From: Cycas panzhihuaensis
Taxonomy: Eukaryota > Plantae > Cycadophyta
DNA: 64,000 bases
NCBI GenBank assembly: GCA_023213395.1
Contig: CM041465.1
Span: forward strand, 195,555,741 to 195,619,740
Direction of reading: 5' to 3'
Part shown: positions 14,401-27,940 of the stretch, piece by piece
Numbering within the stretch: the first letter of the stretch is position 1
How the letters are laid out: each line of letters opens with the position of its first letter
Notes under the pieces: model-generated
Databases searched by the model: none
What the model saw: the letters and a program-made list of their open reading frames with translations, nothing else
Told to the model about the DNA's origin: nothing
Translations under genes and position numbers: made by a program

Positions 14401-15213
14401 ATCTAAATAGATTATTGATTTAATAAAAAGATTTAATATAGAAAATACAAAGTTATCCCCTACTCCTCTATAATTAGGTGTGAAATTAACAACTAGTTGC
14501 CAATCTCCATATTGTGATTCTACTTTATATTATCAATTAATAGGTAGTCTTATTTACTTAACCCATACTCACCTAGATATATCTTATGTTGTTGCCTTGT
14601 GTTTTAGCTATATGCAAAAACCCCGTGAATTTCATTGGAAAGCAACAAAATGAATTCTAAGATATCTTCAAAGTATAATTTATCATGGTCTAACCTATAA
14701 CTTTTGTAATACTAACCTTAAGTTAACATGTTATATGGATTTAGACTGTGCAAGAGACTCTAATGATCGAAAATCTATAATTGATTATGTCTTCTTTCTT
14801 GATTCTTTATTGATTACTTAGTCTAGTAAGAAGATGTAATTATTAGCATTATCTACAATGGAAGTCAAATATTGAGCATTGGTATAGGCTAGTAAAGAAT
14901 CACTCTCGATTAAATCTTTATTAAGTGAGTTTGGTTTATTTCCTAACTCTTCCATTCAAATTAATATTGACAATCAAGGTGCAATATCTATAGCTACTAA
15001 TCATGTTGCACATTCTAGAACTAAGCATAGAGAATTACATCGACATTTTATTCATAATCTTATAAATGACAATACTATTAATCTATTTTATTATTTTATA
15101 AATTTACAGATTATCGACATCTTAATCAAGCCAATGATTGAAATCAAGTTCGTAAAGTTACGAGAATTGTTAAAGATTAATGAATTCTTCATCAAAGGGG
15201 GGTTATCATGTTA
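11466..15213 (+). pseudogene. Copia-1 gag-pol polyprotein pseudogene
   Basis: Starts MALMLGT like Copia-2 MALMPGT. RT fragment 14042-14374 has LYGLKQALRAW, LYVDDIII and FEMTDLG; RNase H has SRTKH.ELH. Many stop codons. Confidence 0.88.
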
Positions 15214-15261
15214 AAGCCTTCATCATCTTCTTCTTTCTCTCTATCTTTTATTAAAGAGGGA

Positions 15262-15640
15262 TGTTAGAAATATTTACCTAATATTAACTTATGTGTAATG
15301 TAATTAATATTAAAGTCAACATTGTATTATAAAACGTTCGGTGAAATGGACATACTATCTATTTCAATGAACTCCTACCTTCTTTATTCTGGAATCTTTC
15401 AAGCATGTCAACTTGGGAGGTTATCATGGTTACGTAGGATAAACTAGTTGAATTTACAGAGAGAGGATGATATCCTCAGCCATCTCCTTTGTGTTCTATT
15501 TTTTATTATAATAAAACTATACTATTTCGAGGTGGTTTTTCTTTACATAAATGGGTTTTCCACCTGCCAAATATTGTGTGAAATCTATAATTGTGTATTG
15601 TTAGTAATTTGAAGATTATACATATAAATTCTTAATATAA
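15262..15640 (+). repeat. 3' LTR of Copia-1 (same family as the Copia-2 LTRs); right end approximate
   Basis: Starts TGTTAG after the PPT. It shares the block aataaaacta...gaggtggtttttctt...gggttttccacctg with the reverse complement of the Copia-2 LTR. Confidence 0.7.
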
Positions 15641-15659
15641 CCCTCTCTCCAACAAATTA

Positions 15660-16400
15660 TTTTCTATGCAAAATAAATATCAACCTTCTTGGATTTTGTG
15701 CTACAAATGTTAAAACCATAGCTTGTATTATAATCATGTACCTCACAAATGTGACACCATTTCTCAAGTGTGGTGTATATTTTTTTCAAGTTATTGTAGG
15801 CATTCTATGAAGTGATTAAGGTATAATTGTGTGATACTTTTCATGAAATGCTTCTAATTCTACCTATTCAACTTGGAATTCTACTTCTACTTGTTCAACT
15901 TGGAATGGAAAAATGTCTTATTCACAAGATAATTTATTAAGCGATAACTTGGATTTTAATTTTTTTCACAACTTCTTCATTGTCAAAAGCCTCTTCATAA
16001 CACCTCTATATTTCAAATGTTAAGACCAATATTTTGATCTACTCTTAACTGTCTAAGGAGTGCTATCTTAACTACCCTTAGTATTTGTGTAAATAATCCC
16101 TTAACCAAATATTCTTACATACACATGCCTAAAATTTTCCTGTTTAGCCCCATATATAATGCTAGTACTCTTAATCTACCATTAGAATATAAAATTCTCT
16201 TTATTTCTTTCCAAGTTAATGCATCTTTGATTAGATATTTAGACCAAGACTTTTTGAAAAGTGCTTTAGAAGGAATTACATTTTTTAATTCAATGTATGC
16301 TTGAGGACCTTCAATTGCCTTTTTTCATATTGTATTTTAAAGTATTCTTCCAACTTTACAAATATGTTGTATTTATTCACTATCAGGGGTCGAGAGAATA
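15660..16400 (-). pseudogene. Degenerate Ty3/gypsy gag fragment related to the element at 56178
   Basis: Minus strand reads EKWCHICEVHDYNT and VE*VELEAF, matching QEKWCHICEVDTHTT and EEESELEAL in ORF 58382-58810. Confidence 0.55.
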
Positions 16401-18090
16401 GTGCCATAATGTTATGACATGACCTTTCTTGGTCCTAACATTTTGTAGCCAACCATTTTTTTCATGTTTCTCCTTCTATTATTTTTGACTTCTTGCCTAT
16501 GCCATTTTATCTTATTAGAAATGCCCCTCTTGTGGCTTTGGAAGCTCACCCTGATGCTTGGGTTAAGTTAGAATCCGTGATGATTATGGTAATTAAGGTT
16601 CTTATTCATTGTATGCTACACAATTCTCCATGTTATATAACTAAAGTATCTTCAAACTTGCATTCCCATTTTCTTGTTTGATGGTTTGTAGGCAACATAA
16701 CTAATGCTATCTATTAAGCCATTCTCTAATAATCATGAGAGGTAGGCATGATTGAACATACATTGGCTATGCTAGGGATGCTCTTACAAGAGATTTATCT
16801 TCAATGGATTATTTATATTGGTATGCTCCATCCTTGGTATGCTTGTTTACCAATCCATAGTCTCTAAAATGCATATTGCATGCATTGGTCAAAATAAACA
16901 AGAATTACATATTAGAGCATACACGATTCCAAGCAAAAATATGATTGCATTAATATTCTGAATGTCTTATATGCACATCTAGTTGCATGTAGAAAACACT
17001 ACATAAAATGAAAGCCTTGGCTTTGATACTATAGAGTATTATATAAGAACAAGCAACACAATTCTCATGCTAGATAATATTAAGTACTCAACTCTTACAT
17101 TGAATCTAATGTGAGACTCATAATCTATCCATGCATGAGTTGCACACCATCAATTGATGTGATCCTTGGTTTACAAGGTTAGAATTTGATGGTTAAATGC
17201 ACACTATAAGAACTTTTCCATCTCCTGCTTATAATTTAGAAAATTAACTATCATTAATGAAAGAGTAATTAATGTCCAATATGTAGAAATGATATATAGG
17301 CCTAACAAGAAATCATCATATTTTATCATGGGCTATATGACTTTAAGATAGGGAATTAGACTAGTGAGATACATGCAGAAGGCATTTATTGGGATTTATA
17401 AAGTCTAAATACTTGAAGAGTCGAACTTGGTGAATTCTCATTAAATCATCATTTGCATTTAATAACTTGGACATTTATAAATAACAATCCTATGAGTTAA
17501 AATCTATGTTAAAAATGTTGCAAGTTGAACCTTGTGGATATATGATTATGGATTCTAAAGTTATAAAACTTTGTTATAATATTTTGGTTTCTAAATTATT
17601 TATTGACTTCCAAGCTCCTAGCGCATATAAAGGTTCTTTATCTATATATTTTTGTTATTGAGAAATTTATGACTTATTGAATCATGTGATAAGGATCATC
17701 TTTGACCAATAATCATTAACATTGGCTTATGCTTTACTTCACCTAAGCTTCCATTTTGCTTACCACTATTGCACCAAAATTTTGCACCTATGACCCATTT
17801 AGTATTTAATTTACTTGGTGTAGTAAGAAAAAATATGAAGATATTAGAAGTTAATGTAATTCTTACATTCATTAATCTTTTTAACAAATATGATAGAAGG
17901 ATAAATGAGAAATTTGAGACCATCCTTAATGCACTATTGACCACAATAGAAAAGAGAGTCAGAATTAATAAGTACATGCTTACAATGCCTACCATTATTA
18001 AAATCATACTAATCACCTCCAATATGGTTAATTAACATGTAGTAAAATCATTTAAAGATTTTTTTATTTTTAAAGTTAGAGAAGTATGCA

Positions 18091-18358
18091 TGTTATGTTC
18101 CAAAAAAGTAAAGAAATTAGAATATTTAATATTTTAATTAAGAAGTTAGTATTTTGGAGGGAAAACTTAAAAAGTCAATATTTTGGAGGTAAAATGTAGG
18201 GTTGGACTAGATGACTATAAATATCCATCTTGTGTTTAAGGATGATCATCTTAACTTTTGGTTTGTACTCGTGGTAATTGTCTACATAGTATTCCAAACG
18301 TCTTCTCATGTCGATAAGGGTTGTTATTCTATTAATTTCATTAAAGAGGGTGGCAATA
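18091..18358 (+). repeat. 5' LTR of Gypsy-A
   Basis: Starts TGTTATG, directly precedes the PBS, and is homologous to 47996-48217. Confidence 0.7.
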
Positions 18359-20708
18359 AGTGGTATTAGAGCATGGTATTGGCTAACTATGGTTCTATCA
18401 CATAGTTTCCATTTCAAAGTTGTAAATGATCAAATTTAGGAAAAATAACCATAGATTTGAGACAACTAAACCTATGTTGTAAATTTTGAGTAGTTATATT
18501 ACAAAATTTAGTGCACACTTATGAAATTTATAAGGGTTGTGATCTCAACTTACTATGTATTGCTACTTATAGGGCTAAAATTTTGCTATTACAACTTTAG
18601 ATGACTACAATAAGGGTCACAAGCATTTAATTTACTTTGATTATTTTTTGAATATGTATATCTTGAAATATATCTTCTATTAAAATTGTTTTAAATTAAA
18701 TTTGGTATCATAATTAAAAATTATTAATAATTTAATATTAAGAATTGTTGTTATTTCCAAAATCCCTAATATTCAATCAACTTCAAAAAGTCATTACATA
18801 AGCTATAGGTTTTCAAATCACCTCAACTAGATTTATTAGAAGCATTTTTTTATCATGTTTCTATTAAGAGTTCTATTGGTTATCATACAAGTTAATTTAA
18901 TATTGGTGGCTGAAGTCTAAATTTTTAAATAAATAAATACATTTGAATTAAGGCTAACACTTTGTTCAAAGTTAGTGAAACCCACAATAGTCAAATATCA
19001 AAAGAGAAGTAAGACGATGCACCACACATGAACTGAATATGGGATCAAAACTATATTGGGAGCACATTGACAAAATAAAAGCCATGGGTGAAGAAATGAA
19101 AAGCATGGGTGAAAAAATAAAGAACTTGAATGTTAAGATTAAGAGGGTCATGGAAGCCTCCAAAGACCCAAATTATGGAAACCAACATAAGGAGAATAAT
19201 AAAGAAAAAAGGGGGTATGATGATGTATGCAAGAATGATGAACACAAGGAGCTAAAGCATAGAAGAACTAATCAAGAAAGAATCTAATAAGAAATAGTAG
19301 ACATGGAGGTCTATCTAGAACTATTCAATCTTGATAAAATTAAGGATGTCTCGAGTTGGTTAGCAAAAATAGAATGTTTTTTTTACTGTCCACCTAGAGT
19401 CAAACTCATAGAAAATTATGTTTGCATTGATATATTTGAGTCATAATGCACTCCGTTGGTTTTAGTAGCGGCAACATGATTATGAAAATATAATACATTT
19501 CTATTGGGATTTCTCCGCCAAGTCGATGTGAAGATATATGGGATTAGAACTTTTATGTCAAACTACATAAGATTCAATAAACAAAAATGATATAACAATA
19601 CATATAAGAGCTCCAAAGTTTACTAAATAAAATTATTAAAAAAATAGAGAAGTAGCATCTAATAGAGTCTTATATCGAGGGTTTGAAAGAAAACATATAC
19701 TATTGATTAAAAGTAATGGTGATCCTCTATCTTAGATAGGCCATGGTGTAAGTTCAAAATGTAGAGGTAAAATTTCGTACCTAGTATTGAGTAGCCCATG
19801 GAAGAAAGGGAGAAGGAAGATTCTTCGTCAATTAGAAGAACTCTATCAAGATTCCAAGAACAAACAAAAAACCCTCAACTCTAGAAAAGCACTTAGAAGA
19901 CAAATCAACTAGACAACACAGTGAAAGTAGAGCATCTAAAAAAAGGACATGTTTTACATGTAAAGCCAAATAGAACAAGGATCAAAAGTGCCCTTAAAAG
20001 AAAATATACATGTTAAAGAATGGTCAAGCAATAAAAAAGAGGAAGCCAATGATCCAAACCCATAAGGTTATCAGTCTAAGAAGGAATTAGACCTTGAGGA
20101 AGCTGTTGATACTAAAGGAATTGAAATTTTATCAAAAGTTACAAATAGAATTATCACATTATTGTAAACAATACAACTCAAAAGAATGATCAAGAACAAG
20201 CCGATCATAGTGTTAGTGGATGATAGAAAAGCATATAACTTTATTAGTAGATAAATAGCTAAACTAATAGAATTATGAGTTGCATATATAAATAATTTCA
20301 AGTGGCTATCACGGAAAGAAAGACTATGCCTTATAAAGGAGTTTGCCTTAGGGTCCCATTAGCAATTAAAGAGTAATCATTACAATATACAATGTTTGAA
20401 ATGCATCTCAAGGGAATTGATGTGGTGTTATGGGTACAATAGTTGATAATAAGGACATATCTAATGAATTATTTATGGTATTTATCCATAATAGAAGAAA
20501 GTATGAGTTGTAGGCCTCTCCCATGCCTCCCAACCAAATTGTATCTTCAAATTGGATGGAGAAGATTTTGAGAAAAGGAGCCCTAGGTTATGTCATTGGT
20601 TATCCAATATCAATGCTCATAGAAGTAAAAACATAAGTCCACCTAAATGTGCAAGTCATCCTACAAGGACACTTAAAGGGTTTTTGAAGCCCTACATGCA
20701 TTTGCATT

Positions 20709-21156
20709 TGATGGAATAGGCACATATACAACATCACAGGATCACATAATTAAAAACATCACAGGAAACATTTGACATTGCACATGCACACAGGTTTGAC
20801 AGGTGGAAAACCCCTTCTGGGGAAGAAAAACCACCTCCTAAATATTCTAGTTTTATTAATAAAAAATACTGAACAAAAACCATGTAATAAAACCATCTAC
20901 AAACCAAACCAGCCTTTTCTCAAAATTCTCCATAAATTAATCCCCTCCTAGATTCCTAGAACATTCTCCATGAATCTAGGAGATAATTAAATACTAAAGA
21001 GGTTCGTTGAAATGCAGTTTCGCAATTTCAACGACCTTCCACAAATTAAATGAATAAACCTAAGTTAAAAACTTTACAATTACTTAAATTATATTTTAGA
21101 CATGTGACATAAATAATTACATTAAAATACATAAGTTTGTATTATATAATCTAACA
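20709..21156 (-). repeat. Copia-2 3' LTR (448 bp)
   Basis: Direct repeat of 27941-28411, about 16 substitutions by eye plus indels; adjacent to the PPT. Confidence 0.95.
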
Positions 21157-21205
21157 TCCCCTTTAATGTAAACTTTTATACTGGAGAGAAAAGAAGATCT
21201 TCATC

Positions 21206-24200
21206 ACGATGATCCCCTTTTGATGGAAACTTCTTTTATCTCTAATAAATCTCTGAGATATAAATACTTCACTTCAATTAGAGACTTTGTAAGTATATCG
21301 GCAATCTGTAAATCTATTGGACAATAGGACAAACAAATAATATTATTAGTAATGAGATTACATATAAAATGTTGATGTAATTCTATATGTTTAGTTCTAG
21401 AATGTGAAACAGGATTAGTAGCAATAGCAATTGCATCTTGATTATCAACTTTAATTTCAATTGAAGAGTTTAGAATAAGACCAATTTCACTGAGTAGAGA
21501 TTTTAGCCAAAGTGCTTCTTTACCAACTCTGACTAATGCTCGATATTCAGCTTCAGTTGTTGATAACGCCAGTGCCTACATTTTTTTGCTTGACCAGGTA
21601 ATATGTGAGGAATCAATAAAAAATACATAACCGGAAGTAGATTTACGATCATTTGAATCACCTGCCCAATTAGAATCAGTATATCTAGTTAATGTTAATG
21701 GTTTATTACAAAAGTTATAAGTTAAACCATGAAACACGGTATTCTTTAGATAACGTAAGATTCGTTTGGCTACTTTCTAGTGAGATTCATGTGGTTGTTG
21801 CATGTATCTGGAGCATAAAGCAACAGCATAAGAAATGTCAGGGCGAGTGTGTGTAAGATAAATTAGACTACCAATAAGTTGTCTATAGAGAGTTGAATCA
21901 CATAATGGAGTTGAACAATCAGTAGTCAGTTTAACTCCTGATTGTAAAGGATTGGATACAGGTTTAGCATTTTCCATGTTAAACCCCTGAAGTAAATCGA
22001 GAATATACTTAGGTTGGGATAGTGATATATTTGATTGATTTTGATAAATTTGTAAACCTAAAAAGTAATGTAATAGACCTAAATCTGTCATTTCAAATTT
22101 GTTCATTAAGGTTGATTTAAGACGATGAATATTATGGGTTGATGATTCAGTGATAATAATGTCATCAACATAAAGAATTAGAATGGTAAGATTTTCATCT
22201 TTACGTTTAAAATAAAGATTTGGATCACTAATACATCTAGTGTATCCAATGTGGATTAAGTAATCATCGACTTTGGTATACCAAGCTCGAGGAGCTTGTT
22301 TTAAACCATAAATGGATTTTTTAAGTTTACAGACTAAATTAGGATTTTCAATGAAGCGAGGTGGCTGTGACATTTAGATCTCTTCTTTGAGATCACCATT
22401 CAAGAAAGCACTCTTAACATCCATTTGGTGGATTTCCCAACCAAATTTAGCTGCAAGAGCAATGATTGTCTTAATTGTATTCATCTTTGCAACAGGAGCA
22501 AAGGTTTCATTATAGTCAATGCCATCTATTTGGGAAAATCCTTTAGCAACAAGACGAGCTTTATATTTTTCCACTGCGCTTGTTGAATTATATTTAGTTC
22601 TATAAACTCATTTACAATCGACTGCATTTTTTTCGGGTGGAAGTGGAATAAGATCCCAGGTAGAATTTTTAATTAAGGCAACAAATTTAGTCTGCATAGC
22701 ATCTTGCCAAACAGGATTGTTGCTGGCTTGTTTAAAAGTTTGGGATCATTGTTTTCCATTATTTTTGCCATTAAAGCAAAATTTACATGAAGTTTTTATG
22801 CACACGTGTGCCTAGTATCAGTAGGATTGCCTACATTAGATCCAGCATCAGCAAGCATTTTGGTTGCCCAAACTGGTTGCTTGTGAGTAATTAAATCTGA
22901 GGTTGTAAGTTGATTCGATGTGTTAGCTTGAAGAGAAGGATCTGTATCAACTGGTTCTGATAAAGTCCAATTTTAGACTTAAGTTGATAAAGAATCTATG
23001 ATTTCTGAATCAACTTATTTTTCAGAATCGTCCGCCAAACGAGTGTTGGTTAACAAGTCTTCAACAGGAAATTCTACATAAGTAGATGTTGAAGTAGATC
23101 CTTCTTCATCAAATACTACATCACGCAAAATAGAAATATTATACGTGACTGGATCTAAAAGTCTATAGGCTTTACTCTCTTCGCTGTAGCCAACGAAGAT
23201 GTATTTTTGACTTTTTTTATCTAACTTTTTACGTCTTTCGTGAGGAATATGTCCCCACGTGATACTACCAAAGATTCGTAAGTGTTGAACAGATGGTTTT
23301 CTTCCAGACCATTTTTATTCTGTAGTGATATTTTGTAAACTTTTACTGGGTAAACAGTTTAATAAATAGTTAGAGTAGCTAATTGATTCTGTCTATGGTT
23401 TTAGATCGAGATTCTTTGCATGTAACATGCAACAAGTCATTTCAACAAGAGTACGGTTTTTGCATTCAGCAACACTGTTTTGTTGAGGTGTGTATGCAAC
23501 TGAATGTTGGAATTTAATTCCATGTGATTTGTAGAAAGAGGTGAAATTTTTACTTAAATATTCCTTAGCATTATCAGATCGGAATATTTTGATTCTTGAA
23601 TTGGATTGATTTTCCACTAATATTTTATATTCGATGAAAATGTCAAACACTTGACTGCGTGTTTTAAGCATATAAACCCAACATTTTCTTGAATAATCAT
23701 TAATGAATGTAATGAAATAACGAGATCCTGAATATGATGGTATATGAAAAGGTCCACATATCTCAGAGTGGACAAGTTCTAATGGAGCAGTTGCTCGGTA
23801 TTGAGTTTTGTATGGAAATGGATCCATGTGTTGTTTACCTGTCACATAGAGTTCACAAACACCATAAACAGTGTTTAATGGCGGTAAACCATGGACCATT
23901 TTATGCTTGATTAAATATTACAATTTGCCATAGCTGGTATGGCCAAATCTTGCATGCCAAAGTTTGCTAACAGAGTCAGATTTGGCAATGAAGGCATTAA
24001 ATGATTTTGATTTATTATTTTGAAAACTGGTCATGCTATAGAAACCTGTATTATGATCAACAGGTCCTAAAGCAATACGTTTGAATTTGTGTAATGGATC
24101 TTTAATAACAAATTTATTTTTCTAGAATTCAACAATAAGGTCTTTATGGCAAATTTGATATACTCAGAGGAGGTTTGGTAACAAATCAGGTACGTAAAAA

Positions 24201-25459
24201 GCATCCTTGATTGAACCATCCTTCAGAGTAACATCACTAGATCCTTTAACTTTGAGTTGATTACCACTACCGAACGAAATCTCTTCTTCAGAGTTTGTTT
24301 CGGATTAAAAGGTGGTTAAGTTTTTCTGGTGTCCAGTCATATGATGGGACGCACCAGAGTCAAGGATCCATTGTGGTGGTTGGTTGGAAGGAGCAACAAA
24401 CACAAAAGTTGTTGCTACCAAGGAACAATTATGAAATTGACGATTTTGTGATCATGATTGTGAGTTCGATTGGAAATGAGATTGAGAATGGGATTGCAGT
24501 TTATTTTGCAATTCCTTGGAAGCTTTCCATGCTTCTGAAGCTATTCTACTTCTATAGATATCAATAATATGGCCTATTTTATGACAGTAGGCACAACTAG
24601 AGTTCTGAGAAGAAGATGCATTGTTTCTGTTAGAAACGTATTGATTGGAAGTATTTTGGTTTTTAGTTAGACCAGAATATTTAACATTATTGTGAGAATT
24701 GGATGGTGAACCTCAATGAAGTTTTTAGAATTTTTTATTGTTATTATGAAAGTTATTATTCTGTTGTCTGTTTTTAAATTGTGGCTTAGTTTTAGAAAAC
24801 AAAGCCTGTGAATGATCTTTTATTGCACCTGTTTTGATTAACATTATTTGATGTTCAATCGGCTGATTTGTTGGCTGATTGAATGTGATGGGTGGATTGC
24901 CAACTTGTTGTCTGGCAGCTTGGTAAAGATTGAAGTGTTTTGGTAATTTATTAACTATAAGACGTACGAGCGTGTCATCGTCTTTGACATGCATAGTTAT
25001 TTTTTCTATATCACCTTCTTTGATTTTTGATTTAATATAATTATCTAAATATTTATTAATTGATTGAGTTTTTGTTAAGAAATCTTCAACATTTGTAAAG
25101 TCATCAAAGGTAATATTATATAATTGCTCTTCTAAGATAGCTACTTGATGTGTATCAACCTTGTCGTATTTTTCTTCCAATGTTTTCCAAACAGTGGCTA
25201 AGTCATCTTTTTCAGAAAACTGCCGACTGATTTCTGGTGAGAAAGAATTTAATATGGTGCCTAATGCGGCATCTGAGTTCATCAGATATATAATATTCTC
25301 AGTAGCATCAGCTTTTGGTTTTTGGAATTCACCTATTACATATCTCCATACTTTTTGCTGTTTAAGCTGATGGGATATGCGATTCCTCTAGTCAGCATAG
25401 TTTGAGCTAGTTAACACTGGAATTACAACACAAGTGATTGTCCCTGGCATTAATGCCAT
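21206..25459 (-). pseudogene. Copia-2 gag-pol polyprotein pseudogene
   Basis: gag ORF 24725-25282; protease WILDSGASHHM; integrase ORF 23393-23899 (FRSDNAKEY, PQQNSVAE); RT ORFs 22374-22574 and 21777-22373 (KARLVAKG, QMDVKSAFLNG, LYVDD); RNase H SRTKHIEL. Scattered stops and frameshifts. Confidence 0.95.
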
Positions 25460-26180
25460 ATTGCGAGTGTTGAGGTGTATTTGAAGATTACAAAACTATG
25501 AAAGTGACTTGAAAAATAATTACCTAATAAAAAACACTAATCTTCACAAAGACATCTTCATTAATTGATTTTAAAATAAAAAGATCATATGTTTTTAAAC
25601 AGAAACAAACAACAATTTAAGCAGTTATTTTAAAAAAAAGTTTTCTTTTTAAAAATAGTCCCCCTTAGGAAAAAAAATCCCTTTAGAAAAATAAACTGAC
25701 CCCCTTAAAATAAGAATTCTCTTTTATAAGTAATTAAATAGTTTTCTTAATGCAGTAAGTGATTTTTAAACACTAGGTATTTTGTTTCCCTTTTTATAAA
25801 CAAAAGTGTATAATATTTAGGATTAAGTTTGAATCTTATAGGTTAAGTGTTAAAAGGAAATTAAAGGATGTAATGGTAAAAGATTAATTAGATTTACCTA
25901 GGATTTACTATATTTAAAAAAAAAAAAATTAAATTTAATCGTTAAAATATATTGAAGGATAATAATAATAAGATTTTTATATATACCTTATGAGAATAGG
26001 ATTTTATAAAAAAGTTAATAAAATGTTTGTATTAAAACAAAGGGGGCATTAGAGTTATTTTAACAAAGTATTATAGGAGGGGTTTTAAAGTTTGTTTAAA
26101 TAAAAAATTTAAGGGAAGGGAAAGTCAAATTATAGAATATAATGTGGAGGGGGGGAGACAAAATTATTAATAAGGGAGGG

Positions 26181-26725
26181 ACTTTTGATTTAAATCAAAG
26201 TGTTAAATTTGAGGGGGGGCAACTTTGATTTACATCAAAGTATTAAGATTAAAGAAAAAGGTTTTCGACTTTGATTCATTTGAATCAAAAGGAATTAGAA
26301 GGTAATTATAAAATTTAAGAAGTGGGAATTGAAATGAAAGTATTAAGTTATAATAGTTAACATCAAAGTTTGATTTAAATTAATAATAAAAAATTTTATA
26401 AGGTTTAGGAAGGGGGGATAACTTTGATTAAAATCAAAGTATAAGGTCTAAAAAATAGAGATTGATTAAACAAAAAAAAAAAACAAAGGAGTAATTAAGG
26501 TTTAGAAGGGGGGAGTTTTGATTTATTTTAAAATTAACAAAATATAAGGAGGGGGGTTTTATTTCAATCAAAATAATTTTGGGTTAACGGGACAAACTTT
26601 GATTTCAAATCAAAGTATCAAGTTTTAAAAAAAGAGGGGGGCTTTGATTCAATTGAATCAAAAAATAAAAAGTATTTTTATAAAGTTAAGGGGGGGGGGG
26701 GTTTTGATTCGATTAAATCAAAGAT
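26181..26725. repeat. Array of short palindromes CTTTGATT-Nn-AATCAAAG, mostly preceded by G-runs, in the Copia-2 leader
   Basis: Clear units at 26181, 26222, 26268, 26421, 26596, 26642 and 26703, plus degenerate copies. Confidence 0.8.
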
Positions 26726-27522
26726 TAAAGGGTATTATAAAGTTAAGGGGGGATAGATTTAATTAAATAAAAAATAAAGGATATTATTTATAAGGTTAAA
26801 AAGGGGGATAGATTCATTAAAATAAAAAATAAATTAAAATAAAACATAAAAAGAATGCGGACCCGACGAGTTTATAAAACATAAAATGAAAAAATAAAGT
26901 AGTTTTGGGGTGTGGGGGGGAAAAGGTAGAAACCCTACCTCATTTCCTTGCCATGGCGGTGACGAACTTTTCTTGCTTGCAGGTCTGCGACGGAGGCGTG
27001 AGGATGAAGGCTTCTGCAGGTCGAATTGCTTCTGCAAGTCGACGGAGGCTTCGTGCTTCATCCTTTCTTCTTAGATTCTGCTCGTAGTTCCAGGAAATCT
27101 TCGTTATCGTGAAGTTTAGGGCTCCAACCCCGGCTCCAAACCCCATTTCTCAAAAATCCCTAGAAAGCTTCAGTTCCAGCGTCATATCGGCTGCAAGATT
27201 TGATTGCTCGCCACTCTCTTTCTTGTTCTTTTCTGAGAAGGCTCTAGCTGCGGCGGATTACCCAGAGTTCAAGTCTAACGCCTCAGAATAGCTCCCTGTC
27301 ATTGCAACTTGGTATGGCATCCCAGATGGAGATTTTCTTCTTAATTTGCTGATTGGCTTCTTATCTTTTTTCTTCACATAGCATTGCGTTTGACCCTAGT
27401 TAAGGTTTCTTCAATGAGAACAACCTTCATTGTTGGCAGTTTCAGAACGGGATACTGTGTTTAAGCCTGGTTAGGGTTTCTACAACAAGAACGACCTTCG
27501 TTGTTGGTAGTTTTTGTGTACG

Positions 27523-27786
27523 GCTCTGCCTTAATGGCAGTTTTTTATGTACGACTCTGCCTTGATGGCAAATTTTGTATACGGCTTTGGTGTAAATAAA
27601 TAAAATAAAAAAAGGTTCTGGTAGTTTCTATGTAAAAGACTGATGTATGGAAAAAGCTCTGCCTTAATGGCAGTTTTTTATGTAAAGGACTGCTGAATGG
27701 AAAAAGTTCTGCCTTAATGGTAGTTTTTATGTAAAGGATTGCTGAATGGAAAAAGTTCTGCCTTAATGGCAGTTTTTATGTAAAAA
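27523..27786. repeat. About 50-bp tandem repeats containing a CTGCC-TTAAT-GGCAG hairpin in the Copia-2 leader
   Basis: Three near-identical units GGAAAAAGYTCTGCCTTAATGGYAGTTTTTATGTAAA at about 27649-27786, and two shorter copies at 27523-27570. Confidence 0.85.
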
Positions 27787-27940
27787 AAAATTACAGGGTT
27801 TTGTATGAATGATCACTGTGGCCCATGTAAAAAAAAATTAGGTTTTATTGTGAAAAAAAAAAAAAATGAAAATGTATTGGATGGTTAATGCATTAATGCA
27901 AAAAAAGTAAAGGAATAGGCACCATAAAGCTTTGATGCCA

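Larger units (their letters stand above)
9540..15640 (+). mobile_element. Ty1/copia LTR retrotransposon (Copia-1), heavily degenerate; outer boundaries approximate
   Basis: Perfect PBS-Met TGGTATCAGAGC at 9912-9923 after ...TTCA. gag-PR-(partly deleted IN)-RT-RH is colinear with Copia-2. PPT TTAAAGAGGGA at 15251-15261 is followed by TGTTAG at 15262. Confidence 0.85.

Noticed and set aside
17696-18035. Opposing 108-aa and 88-aa ORFs
   Set aside because: AT-rich with no recognisable motif, within a degenerate repeat region.
26181-26725. CRISPR array (palindromic repeats with spacers)
   Set aside because: Plant nuclear context inside a copia leader; repeats and spacers are irregular in length and low in complexity; no cas genes.
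26834-27291. Overlapping ORFs in the GC-rich part of the Copia-2 leader
   Set aside because: Open in several frames on both strands because of composition; no protein signature.
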